Shown here: piece after piece, positions 48,224 to 57,229 of the stretch
Layout of the letters: every line of letters begins with the position of its first letter
How positions within the stretch are numbered: the first letter of the stretch is position 1
DNA from: Bacteroidota bacterium
GTDB lineage: Bacteria; Bacteroidota; Bacteroidia; NS11-12g; UBA955
Direction: 5' to 3'
Length of the DNA stretch: 64,000 bases
Assembly: GCA_018333525.1 (NCBI GenBank)
Contig: JAGXTF010000118.1
Location: forward strand, 53,064 to 117,063
Notes under the pieces: generated by a model
The model's database searches: none
What the model was told of the DNA's origin: nothing
Seen by the model: the letters and a program-made list of their open reading frames with translations, nothing else
Translations under genes and position numbers: made by a program

Positions 48224-48718
48224 ATGGAAATAAAATCTAAAATCACTCTTGTACTTTATCCAAATACTTTCGGTGTGGGTTATGTCATTTGTGAAAATGC
48301 GCAGAGTATTATTGATTACGGGTTGAAAAAAGTGCGACCATTAACAGTTCAAAAATATGTAGATAAAATTCGGTGGTTATACGAATTTTCTAAGCCTGAT
48401 GTTGTGATTCTGCGCGATTATAGGAACGATGATTACAAAGTTTCAAAACGCACACAGAAGGTTTTAAATGAACTTCAATCATTAGCAGGTGCTCTGAATT
48501 TGAATGTTTATTCATATTCCCGGCTGCAAATCAAAGATGTATTCTCGGAATTCAAAGCTTCAACTAAGTATGAAATAGCAAAACAATTGACAACTTGGTA
48601 CCCACAATTGCGGTCTAAAATGCCGTCATATCGCAAATCCTACATGGCGGAAAGCTATCACATGGGTGTTTTTGACGCCTTTGCTCTGGCTATTGTGCAT
48701 TTTTATCTTACGGAATAA
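48224..48718 (+). CDS. RuvC/RNase H-fold protein with degenerate active site
   Basis: LVLYPNTFGVGY, PDVVIL, TKYEIA, FDAFALA follow the RuvC layout. Confidence 0.65.
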   Translation: MEIKSKITLVLYPNTFGVGYVICENAQSIIDYGLKKVRPLTVQKYVDKIRWLYEFSKPDVVILRDYRNDDYKVSKRTQKVLNELQSLAGALNLNVYSYSRLQIKDVFSEFKASTKYEIAKQLTTWYPQLRSKMPSYRKSYMAESYHMGVFDAFALAIVHFYLTE

Positions 48719-48835
48719 AGCCCATTATGGTCCAGCGCGTCAAGAAGTTTGCAGTATTTAAACGGATGAGAATTTCCACTCCAAATTTGATTTTTTGACT
48801 GTGGTTTATATATTCGAGTTTTAATTCTACCCGCC

Positions 48836-49321
48836 ATGATAGAAAAACAATTTGTTTCTCATTGGCATCAGTACATTGAGAACATGACCCAAACCCCTAA
48901 GGAGTTCTATTCATCAATCGAAACCTTAATTAAAGACGAACAGCTCCCAGATGTCAAAACAAGTCGTGTAAAGCACAGCGAGAGAGGTCTTTTATCAGCC
49001 AACCGTGAGTATCTACAGATTAAGAGCAAAGGCTACTTCTTCGACGTTTGCGCTGCTCCCTATGGCCGAGGCTTCTTCGTTTCCTACTGGCAACGTGAAA
49101 ACCGTTCTGCTAAAGGTTCATTGTTAGAGCGTATCCCGATTTTTGGAGGACTCTTCAGGGCAGTTGCTATGCCAGAGACATTCTTTACAGTAGACACGCG
49201 CCTAATGTTTCAGGGAGCAGTTCATTCTTGCATTGTGCATGCGATTAATACCATGCTTGAAGCTAAGGGAATGAAAGCACTTTCTGATGCACAGAAAGCT
49301 GTTCCAGCAGCCTCTAATTAA
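48836..49321 (+). CDS. Hypothetical protein
   Basis: 161-aa ORF 8 nt upstream of the large ATPase. Confidence 0.7.
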   Translation: MIEKQFVSHWHQYIENMTQTPKEFYSSIETLIKDEQLPDVKTSRVKHSERGLLSANREYLQIKSKGYFFDVCAAPYGRGFFVSYWQRENRSAKGSLLERIPIFGGLFRAVAMPETFFTVDTRLMFQGAVHSCIVHAINTMLEAKGMKALSDAQKAVPAASN

Positions 49322-49329
49322 TCGATCTT

Positions 49330-52308
49330 ATGAATCAATGGTCGGCCATTGAAAAAGCCACCGCCAATTTCTATGCCTGGGAAGAGCGCGGGCGAGGTTG
49401 GAGAGTGTTTGCTGATCATGTGCAATTGGAGCCGGTATATGTGCCTTTCTTTCCATTTCAGGAGGATAAACCGGAGATAAAGGATGATGGCAAAATACCA
49501 ACGATCCCGAGCCGTGTCTTTTCATTTCTTGGGAGAATAGGACAAAGCGCCCAACAGAGTAAAGAACCCTCTTATGCAGAGGTTCTAGACGAACTCTACG
49601 AGCATCATGCATATGAGTTTTCCGAGAATGCGCCCTTAGTTGGATTTACAATCCTGTTTCCGAATGGATGTTTGCTTTCCTCGGAACTGTTCATTCAATT
49701 TCTTTTCATGCTCTCAGACACTCAATACCCGATTAGTTTTGAGATCATTGGAGAGGAGAAAAAGATCACCATCCAGATTGTTTGCCGAAAACCGGATGCC
49801 TTCCGAGTGAATTCGCAGCTAAATGCTTACTTCCATGAAGCTATCATCCGAGAAAATTCTGACACAGTTAGAAATATTATAGATCCTGAATTGCGTGTCA
49901 GAACATTGGATTTTGGCCTAGCCAACGAATCCACATTGCCAATTGAACAATTTGGCAAAAAGAAAAGCGACCAGTTCCAAAGTCTCTTCGGTCTGCTGGA
50001 TTACCTTAAGACCAATGAACGTATTGTTCTGCAAGTCCTTTTCCAAGGGGTGTTAAATCCGTGGAGTACGAGCATCATTAACTCACTGACAAGCTCGGAC
50101 GGAACCTGTTTCTTCATGGATGCACCGGAAATGCTTCCTTTGGCCATTGAGAAGACGGCAAGTCCCTTATTCAGTGCTGTAATCCGTGTGGCAGTTCAAG
50201 CCGAAACTGTGGAGCAAACTGAACGACTGATGCAGGAATCCATTGCCTGCATGGTCAGCCAATCGAAATCAAGTGTAAATCAGTTAATACCTCTGAAATC
50301 AGAAGAGAGACTTGGTGACAGTCAGATTGCCGATTTCATTTCAAGAAAATCTCACAGATTGGGAATGCTTCTCAATACTGCGGAACTGGCAACATTTGTT
50401 CATTATCCCGATGCTTCCATCGTATCAGCCAAACTCAATCAACAAAATCAGAAAACAAAACAAGCTCCTGCCAGCCATAATGGCCATCTTTACATCATCG
50501 GTGAAAATGTTCATTTGGATACTGGGCAAGAAGTATCTCTCGACATTCAGCAGCGATTGCGCCACTTACACATAATTGGAGCAACCGGCACCGGAAAGTC
50601 CACGTTACTGACCAACTTGATTGCCCAGGACATGAAAGCTGGGCATGGTCTCGCATTGCTTGATCCTCACGGAGACTTGGTGGAAGATGTTTTGGGCCTT
50701 ATACCAGAGAATAGAATCAATGATGTCGTGCTGGTTGATCCATCAGACACGGAGTTTCCAATCGGATTGAATTTGTTATCTGCCAAATCTGAGATTGAAA
50801 AAATCGTATTGTCTTCGGATTTAGTAGCCGGTATTCGGAGGCAGTCCACAAGTTGGGGTGATCAGATGACGGCAATCCTAGGTAATGCGATAAATGTGTT
50901 TCTTGAAAGCGACACAGGCGGGACTCTATTTGACCTGCGGCGTTTTTTAGTTGAGGATAGTTTCCGAAAGCAGTTTTTAAAATCGATTCGTGATCCAACA
51001 ATTACGAACTTTTGGCAGCACGAATATGCCATGCTCCGCAAAGCAGCGATTGCACCAATCCTAATCCGCCTTGATACATTTCTGCGTCCCAAGATCATTA
51101 GAAATATGATGGCCCAGAAGGATGGACTGGACTTTACTGATTTGCTAGCCCAAAACAAGATTATTCTGGTCAAGTTGTCCCAAGGTCTCATTGGAGAAGA
51201 GAATAGTCATTTACTGGGAACACTGATCGTGGCCAAAATACAGCAGGCCTCTCAAGCCAGACAGGCAATTGCTCAGTCGGATCGAAAACCATTTTTCCTC
51301 TATCTGGACGAATTTCAAAATTTTAGCACACCCTCCATGTCAGCGATGCTATCCGGCTCGCGCAAGTATGGTCTGGGTCTTATTCTTGCCCATCAGGATA
51401 TGGAGCAAGTCAGTAAATACGATGCAGAGTTAGCCAATTCAGTACTCTCTAATCCGGCTACCAGGATTTGCTTTCGGGTCGGCGATACCGATGCTCGTCA
51501 ATTGGAAAGAGGTTTTAGCTATTTTGATGCAAGCGATTTGCAGAATCTTCGCGTTGGACAAGCCATTGCCAAGGTGGAAACCGCTTCACAGGATTTTAAT
51601 ATTTCAACTTCAAAAATTCCAATTGTCGGGGTAGAAGAAAAAACGGCTATTCGTGAGCAATGTCTTCTACAATCGCGCAATAAGTATGCGACCCCTCGTG
51701 ATATTGTTGAGCAACGCATCTTTGAAATGTTCGGGGGTGTTTCTTCAGAACCTGAACCGCCGCCTAAAAGAGTGGAACCGGAAGTAATAGTGGAGACTCC
51801 AGAAGATAGACATGTTGATAGAGGCATAGAAGAGCAAACGGCTGAGTTCATCCAAAATACCGAGGAACGCAATGTTGTTACAGAACATCGACGGCTGCAA
51901 GCGTTAATTAAGAAAATGGCTGAGAACCATGGGTTCAAAGCTGTAATTGAAGAACCAATTAATAATGGTAAAGGTAGAGTGGATGTAGGTCTTACCAAGG
52001 ATTCATTGAGAATTGCGGTTGAGGTATCTGTGACCAATACTGAACCTTATGAACTTGGGAATATCTTGAAGTGCCTTGAGGCAGGATATTCACCTGTAAT
52101 CATGTGCAGCCCCAATGAAAAGCACCTTTTAGAAATCAAGACTAGTGCGGCAGCCAAGTTGAACAAGGACCATTTGCTGAATGTCTTATTTCACAGTCCC
52201 GAAGAGCTTTTTAATCACTTAATCACTTTAACGCTGAAGGAACATCAAAACGAGCAAAGAATTAAGGGTTACAGGGTTAAGGTAACGTATAAGACTCCTA
52301 ATTCTTAA
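49330..52308 (+). CDS. Large VirD4/TraD-like ATPase with C-terminal PD-(D/E)xK-like domain
   Basis: HLHIIGATGTGKS, LDPHGDL, YLDEFQNF, RKYGL.L.LAHQ; tail EH...IEE...RVDV...IAVEVS. Confidence 0.85.
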   Translation: MNQWSAIEKATANFYAWEERGRGWRVFADHVQLEPVYVPFFPFQEDKPEIKDDGKIPTIPSRVFSFLGRIGQSAQQSKEPSYAEVLDELYEHHAYEFSENAPLVGFTILFPNGCLLSSELFIQFLFMLSDTQYPISFEIIGEEKKITIQIVCRKPDAFRVNSQLNAYFHEAIIRENSDTVRNIIDPELRVRTLDFGLANESTLPIEQFGKKKSDQFQSLFGLLDYLKTNERIVLQVLFQGVLNPWSTSIINSLTSSDGTCFFMDAPEMLPLAIEKTASPLFSAVIRVAVQAETVEQTERLMQESIACMVSQSKSSVNQLIPLKSEERLGDSQIADFISRKSHRLGMLLNTAELATFVHYPDASIVSAKLNQQNQKTKQAPASHNGHLYIIGENVHLDTGQEVSLDIQQRLRHLHIIGATGTGKSTLLTNLIAQDMKAGHGLALLDPHGDLVEDVLGLIPENRINDVVLVDPSDTEFPIGLNLLSAKSEIEKIVLSSDLVAGIRRQSTSWGDQMTAILGNAINVFLESDTGGTLFDLRRFLVEDSFRKQFLKSIRDPTITNFWQHEYAMLRKAAIAPILIRLDTFLRPKIIRNMMAQKDGLDFTDLLAQNKIILVKLSQGLIGEENSHLLGTLIVAKIQQASQARQAIAQSDRKPFFLYLDEFQNFSTPSMSAMLSGSRKYGLGLILAHQDMEQVSKYDAELANSVLSNPATRICFRVGDTDARQLERGFSYFDASDLQNLRVGQAIAKVETASQDFNISTSKIPIVGVEEKTAIREQCLLQSRNKYATPRDIVEQRIFEMFGGVSSEPEPPPKRVEPEVIVETPEDRHVDRGIEEQTAEFIQNTEERNVVTEHRRLQALIKKMAENHGFKAVIEEPINNGKGRVDVGLTKDSLRIAVEVSVTNTEPYELGNILKCLEAGYSPVIMCSPNEKHLLEIKTSAAAKLNKDHLLNVLFHSPEELFNHLITLTLKEHQNEQRIKGYRVKVTYKTPNS

Positions 52309-52311
52309 TCT

Positions 52312-52533
52312 CTAATCAAGAACAATCAAATTCAAGAAAGTATCCTCATCCTTGTACAAGAAGCCATATCCTGTCTGTTTATTTACAACTAACAGCCGAT
52401 CATCAATGAAGCGGTAAACCTGTGAAGCCTTGTTGGCCAGCTTCATCAGATTCTCATATTCATATACCTGAATACCACCATATTTCTTTATTCCAGGTTC
52501 AATTTGGTGAGGCAGAATGAGCTTGACGTCCAT
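52312..52533 (-). CDS. Small hypothetical protein
   Basis: 73-aa ATG ORF with natural-looking composition, convergent on the ATPase. Confidence 0.55.
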   Translation of the reverse strand: MDVKLILPHQIEPGIKKYGGIQVYEYENLMKLANKASQVYRFIDDRLLVVNKQTGYGFLYKDEDTFLNLIVLD

Positions 52534-52918
52534 TAATGCAAAGGTATTTGAAGTTTCCTTTTCGGTGTATTTCTTTAACCAACAAAGGGCTTATGTTAAC
52601 TCAAGGTTTGAAATTTCGTATTTACTTATATTTTTGCCTTTGAGAGTCTGGTCTTTGCTTTATTGTGCTGTTATCATACGTATGATGAACCCAGATCAGC
52701 GCTATGACTATGAAAATGAACTTCTACTTAAATTCAAGGGTGGACGTAGATTCCTTTACCCTTGAGCGACTTAATTTCCGCATTAATTATGGTTTAATGA
52801 GTTTGGACTTCATTGCCAAATTGCGTTTCAAATTGCTTTTATCCCTATGGACATTTAGTTTGCAACTAGTGCCTTTTACGTTTGTTGATTCAGTTATCAC
52901 AATTTAATATTTTTTCAT

Positions 52919-53950
52919 ATGTCACATGAGCCTAAGCTTGAAATTTGCAAATTCACGTTATTCAAAAAGGAAGACAATAGTAAGGTAGCATTCAGAGAAT
53001 TCTTTAGAAAAAAATTCCATAATGAATATGCTGAATTACCAAAGCCCATCATACAGAATGATATTTTGAATTTGTTTTATAAGGATTTTATTAAAGCTAT
53101 TGACAATAATGATTATCACCTTAATCACAAAAAAAAGAAAGGTTTTAAGGTTGCTAAAAATCAGAATAATGGGAACGTAGAGTCCCAGCTAAATTTTCAT
53201 CATGGGGATTTTGCGGTATCCGGAATACTTGATGGTGGAAAGCATGATGTGAAGAGGTGGATGGGTGATACGACAGATGTGAATGTGAATCAAATAATTC
53301 AGAAGAAAAATATTGTTAATGATAGATATTTTTTTCTGATTTATACACCATTAAATCACTTTGAAGGAATATTGATGATTCAGAGCTATTCTGAAATAAG
53401 TATTTCAGATATATTCAAAGAATTCGTCAATAAATATTTTGTCTATTTCAACGAAGTGAAGAACGAAATAGAATCGTATATTCCGGACCACCTTCGACAA
53501 GAATACCTGGAAGGAGCAACCTACAAAAGTATAAGATTTACTACTGATTGCAATATTGCCCCAAACTTTAATGGAGATATTGAGCAGGAGCAATATCACT
53601 TACAGGTTCGAATTGAAATAATCAATAAATCTGATAATCAAAGGGATTATTCTAAATTGAAGGATTTCTTTTCAAAAATATCGAAAAGCAAATTTATGCC
53701 GACAGGAGGGAATGCAATCGAATTGGAAGATTTCAAGGAACACAAAGGTATACTATCTGATGGCAAGCCTGTACCAATTGTTATTGATGAGGATACTGAA
53801 ATTAAACCGATTATTAGACTTAAAGAACAAGGCATAGCGGTTGATGACGGTAACGTCCCTGATTTTGAACAGATAAAGAACTATTGCTTGGATCTTCTCC
53901 ACACCATCCAAGAAACTTTATTACCCGAGAATGCAGTTGAAGAACTTTAG
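52919..53950 (+). CDS. Hypothetical soluble protein, first gene of a candidate defence operon
   Basis: 343-aa ORF; G.LDGGK, YFFLIYTP...GILMIQSY. Confidence 0.75.
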   Translation: MSHEPKLEICKFTLFKKEDNSKVAFREFFRKKFHNEYAELPKPIIQNDILNLFYKDFIKAIDNNDYHLNHKKKKGFKVAKNQNNGNVESQLNFHHGDFAVSGILDGGKHDVKRWMGDTTDVNVNQIIQKKNIVNDRYFFLIYTPLNHFEGILMIQSYSEISISDIFKEFVNKYFVYFNEVKNEIESYIPDHLRQEYLEGATYKSIRFTTDCNIAPNFNGDIEQEQYHLQVRIEIINKSDNQRDYSKLKDFFSKISKSKFMPTGGNAIELEDFKEHKGILSDGKPVPIVIDEDTEIKPIIRLKEQGIAVDDGNVPDFEQIKNYCLDLLHTIQETLLPENAVEEL

Positions 53951-54575
53951 CATATTTATTCAAGGTGTTGTTAAAGAAGGAAAACACCTTCAAAGGGTAA
54001 ATATTAACGGTAAAAAAGTCAAGCAGACTTGGTTGTTTTCAACAAGGTTCTTATCAGTTTTATTTGCAATACTACTGATTTTTCTTACACCTAGCGGGTT
54101 TACAAATGATTTTGCTGGATATACAATCAGTTTTTTGGCCATTTTTGTTGGTCTATTCAGTAGTATCGTAATAGCTCTACACGATAAGAATTCGAACCTG
54201 AGTGATGGATATAGCGATTTGGATTCAACTCAAAGAGCCAGAATCAAGCAGAAAAAAAATTACCTGATTCAATTCACCGGATTGACATCATATGCGATTT
54301 TACTCGCAATAGTTATTATTATACTTCTGCTATTTGTGCTTTTCCGCGATTTTGACGAAATCAATATTAGAAACTATGTGTGGTGTAAGTCCATAAAAGA
54401 AATATCTTCTCGGAATGTTACACTTTTTTTTAAGCTCCTTCTTTCCGTATTGTATAGATTTTGTGTTTATAATTTACTTATTAACTTTTTCGCGATAACT
54501 TTATATGCAACAACAAGTTACTTTTCCTTTGTGCTTGCCGGATATAGAAAACCGCTTAAAATAGACCAAGAATGA
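53931..54575 (+). CDS. Four-TM membrane protein
   Basis: Four hydrophobic helices; overlaps neighbours by 20 and 4 bp. Confidence 0.75.
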   Translation: MQLKNFSIFIQGVVKEGKHLQRVNINGKKVKQTWLFSTRFLSVLFAILLIFLTPSGFTNDFAGYTISFLAIFVGLFSSIVIALHDKNSNLSDGYSDLDSTQRARIKQKKNYLIQFTGLTSYAILLAIVIIILLLFVLFRDFDEINIRNYVWCKSIKEISSRNVTLFFKLLLSVLYRFCVYNLLINFFAITLYATTSYFSFVLAGYRKPLKIDQE

Positions 54576-55603
54576 TAAATCTCAAAGACGCATACATATC
54601 ACATATAATTGTTCATCGAGTTGGCAATAAAATTAGAGGAGAAAAAAATTTCCATTCAAACAAGGAATTGAAAATTTCAGAAAATGATACCCTTGCATCT
54701 TATGTAATTAATAATGTTAAGAAATTAAACGTGGACAATTGCTTTTATTCTGATGGAAAACTACAGAATAATTCAGTCTTCAGTATTTGTGATGAAATAT
54801 TCGAAGATGAGAATTTTATTAAAGCCTCGGTTTCCTTAGCCCAACAATTGTATCAATCCATGAGATACTCCAGTATCAAGGGGGGTAATTTCATTGTGGC
54901 AATCTTAGAGCATATAATTTTTGATGGTAAGTTCACTAAAGGGATCGGTTTATTCAAGATTGATGATTTTGATATTTTTTACCGAGTAGTTGAGGGTAAA
55001 TCATCAATCGGAATTGTAGAAGAAGAAGGTTTTGGTTATAAATCACCCAATGAACAATGTCTAATTCTAAATTTGGACTTTAAAGGTGGGTATCATGTGC
55101 TTATGCCCGAGAAGAGTGTTCAAACACAAAAGACTTATTGGAATGATGACTTTCTTTCAATAAGGCCAAGAGATGATGATTATAACAGGACACGAACTTT
55201 TATTTCAAGCATACAGGATTTCGTTGAGAAAGACCTTGGCAAGCATATCGCATTGGATAAGGTTGAAAAATTATCGATTATCAATGACACCATAAATTAT
55301 TTTGAAAATCACGATAGTTTTAGCTTGAATACATTTAAAGACAGTGTCATGGCAAATAGTACCTATCACGAGATGTTTGAAGAGTATCTTGAATCAAATT
55401 CGACAGAAATTATGGAAAGCAACGGAGAGAGTTTTGTGATTTCAAAAGCGGCGGTAAAGTCGGTAGGAAAAAAGTTTAAACGGGTGGTAAAGCTGGATAA
55501 GAATTTCCACGTTTATATTCACGCGGACAGGTCTTTGTTTGAAAAAGGAATCGACGAAAACGGCAGAAAATATTATAAGTTATTCTATGACCATGAGGAA
55601 TGA
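54572..55603 (+). CDS. Nucleoid-associated protein (NA37 family, Bacteroidota type)
   Basis: IIVHRVGNK, IKGG, GIGLFK, YW.DDFL, KLDKNFHVYIH, YYKLFY..E. Confidence 0.82.
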   Translation: MINLKDAYISHIIVHRVGNKIRGEKNFHSNKELKISENDTLASYVINNVKKLNVDNCFYSDGKLQNNSVFSICDEIFEDENFIKASVSLAQQLYQSMRYSSIKGGNFIVAILEHIIFDGKFTKGIGLFKIDDFDIFYRVVEGKSSIGIVEEEGFGYKSPNEQCLILNLDFKGGYHVLMPEKSVQTQKTYWNDDFLSIRPRDDDYNRTRTFISSIQDFVEKDLGKHIALDKVEKLSIINDTINYFENHDSFSLNTFKDSVMANSTYHEMFEEYLESNSTEIMESNGESFVISKAAVKSVGKKFKRVVKLDKNFHVYIHADRSLFEKGIDENGRKYYKLFYDHEE

Positions 55604-55640
55604 GTTACCTATTTTATGAAGAATTTAATAGCGAAAAACC

Positions 55641-56615
55641 ATGTTGCATTTATATATTGATACAAATGTATATTTGACATTTTATCATTTGACGAGCGAG
55701 GATTTGGAAGAGTTAAAGAAGCTGGAACTCTTGATTGCACGGCGAGGTGAGATCCACCTACATTTGCCAAAACAAACATTTGACGAATTTCATCGGAACC
55801 GTGAGACTAAGATTGCGGATGCACTAGGTAGGTTTAATGAGGAAAAGCTAAATAATCAATTTCCACAAATTTGCAAAGAGTTTCCTGAATTCAAATTAAT
55901 GAGAGATGCTATCAAGGAATTCGATAAGAATAAGTCTAAGTTGCTTGAAAAAGTAAAGGATCATAGTTTCAAAAAAGAATTAGGTGCTGACAGAATAATT
56001 GAGGAATTATTTGATAGGGCTGAAAAGCATGAGTCGACGTTCGAGTTGATAGAGTCCGCAAAGAGAAGGTGTGATCTCGGCAGGCCCCCAGGGAAAAAGA
56101 GTTCACTTGGTGATGCAATTAATTGGATAACTCTTATTGAACGTGTACCCTCGGGTGAGGATTTACATTTTATATCCGATGACAAAGATTACTTTTCGGA
56201 GATTGATACATCTAAATTTAAAGACTATCTTGTGGAAGAGTGGTCAAGAGAAAAAGGTTCAAACATATACTGCTATCGCAAAATGTCGGATTTTTTTAAG
56301 AAAAAGTTCCCTGAAATTAAAATTGCATCTGAATATGAAAAGGATGTACTCATTCAAGAACTGGCTAGAAGAGGTTCTTTTGCTAAGGCTAGGTTGACTT
56401 TGCATGAACTTTCCGAATTCGATGATTTTTCAACAGAACAATTAAATAACTTTGTGCGGGCATGTACTACAAATAATCAAGTTTACTGGATTAAGGGTGA
56501 TAGTGACATTGAGCAAATTATAGCTGAAATAGTAATGCCTAACTTGAGCAAAATAGACCCAATCTTACTTGCCGAGTTTGATAGGATATTTGAGTATGCT
56601 CATGTATTAAAATAA
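55641..56615 (+). CDS. PIN-domain protein (DUF4935-like)
   Basis: YIDTNVYL, DEF.RNR, GDAINW..L, FISDDKDY acidic tetrad. Confidence 0.82.
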   Translation: MLHLYIDTNVYLTFYHLTSEDLEELKKLELLIARRGEIHLHLPKQTFDEFHRNRETKIADALGRFNEEKLNNQFPQICKEFPEFKLMRDAIKEFDKNKSKLLEKVKDHSFKKELGADRIIEELFDRAEKHESTFELIESAKRRCDLGRPPGKKSSLGDAINWITLIERVPSGEDLHFISDDKDYFSEIDTSKFKDYLVEEWSREKGSNIYCYRKMSDFFKKKFPEIKIASEYEKDVLIQELARRGSFAKARLTLHELSEFDDFSTEQLNNFVRACTTNNQVYWIKGDSDIEQIIAEIVMPNLSKIDPILLAEFDRIFEYAHVLK

Positions 56616-56638
56616 GTTTAAAAATAGAATTGGTTATT

Positions 56639-57127
56639 TTATATCGGTTTAATTGTTTTAACTAGATCGTCAATTTTGTCGAATGGCAGGTTACACAGGA
56701 AAAAATCTATAATGTTATGTTTTTTTTCACTACCTTCTTTGAATAGAAGTCTCATGTCAAAACCCATTGGATATGCGAGAAATTGTCTATTTATCATCGT
56801 TGGAACTAGCTCATGAGGAATTAATGGAAAGAACTGAATAGTTACACTTTTTCGTGAACCACCCTCCAAAGTTCTTAGTCTGTCATCAAGTTGACCCTGG
56901 AATAAAATTTCTTCACTGAACCTCAAAAAAGAGTTTGGTAAAGTTTGCTTTACTATTTCAAATATTTTCTCATCGAGAAAGTCACCTTTATGAGAATCAT
57001 AAACCTTGGGATTGAAGACTCTTAGATAAGGTAGATAACCCGTAAACCAATTCCACTTGGGCCCTTCCACTTGAATTACCTTTAAAACAGAAAAATCACT
57101 CTCAGGTAATATCTCTATTGTTCTCAT
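56639..57127 (-). CDS. Hypothetical protein
   Basis: 162-aa ATG ORF downstream of the R-M gene. Confidence 0.55.
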   Translation of the reverse strand: MRTIEILPESDFSVLKVIQVEGPKWNWFTGYLPYLRVFNPKVYDSHKGDFLDEKIFEIVKQTLPNSFLRFSEEILFQGQLDDRLRTLEGGSRKSVTIQFFPLIPHELVPTMINRQFLAYPMGFDMRLLFKEGSEKKHNIIDFFLCNLPFDKIDDLVKTIKPI

Positions 57128-57229
57128 ACTATATTTTTTGATATTTATCTTTATATTGGTCTTTGTTTTGTCTGAATTTTGTTTGATAGAAAGCGCAAGT
57201 AGTTACCCTTTTTAGTCGTAGTCATCTAG

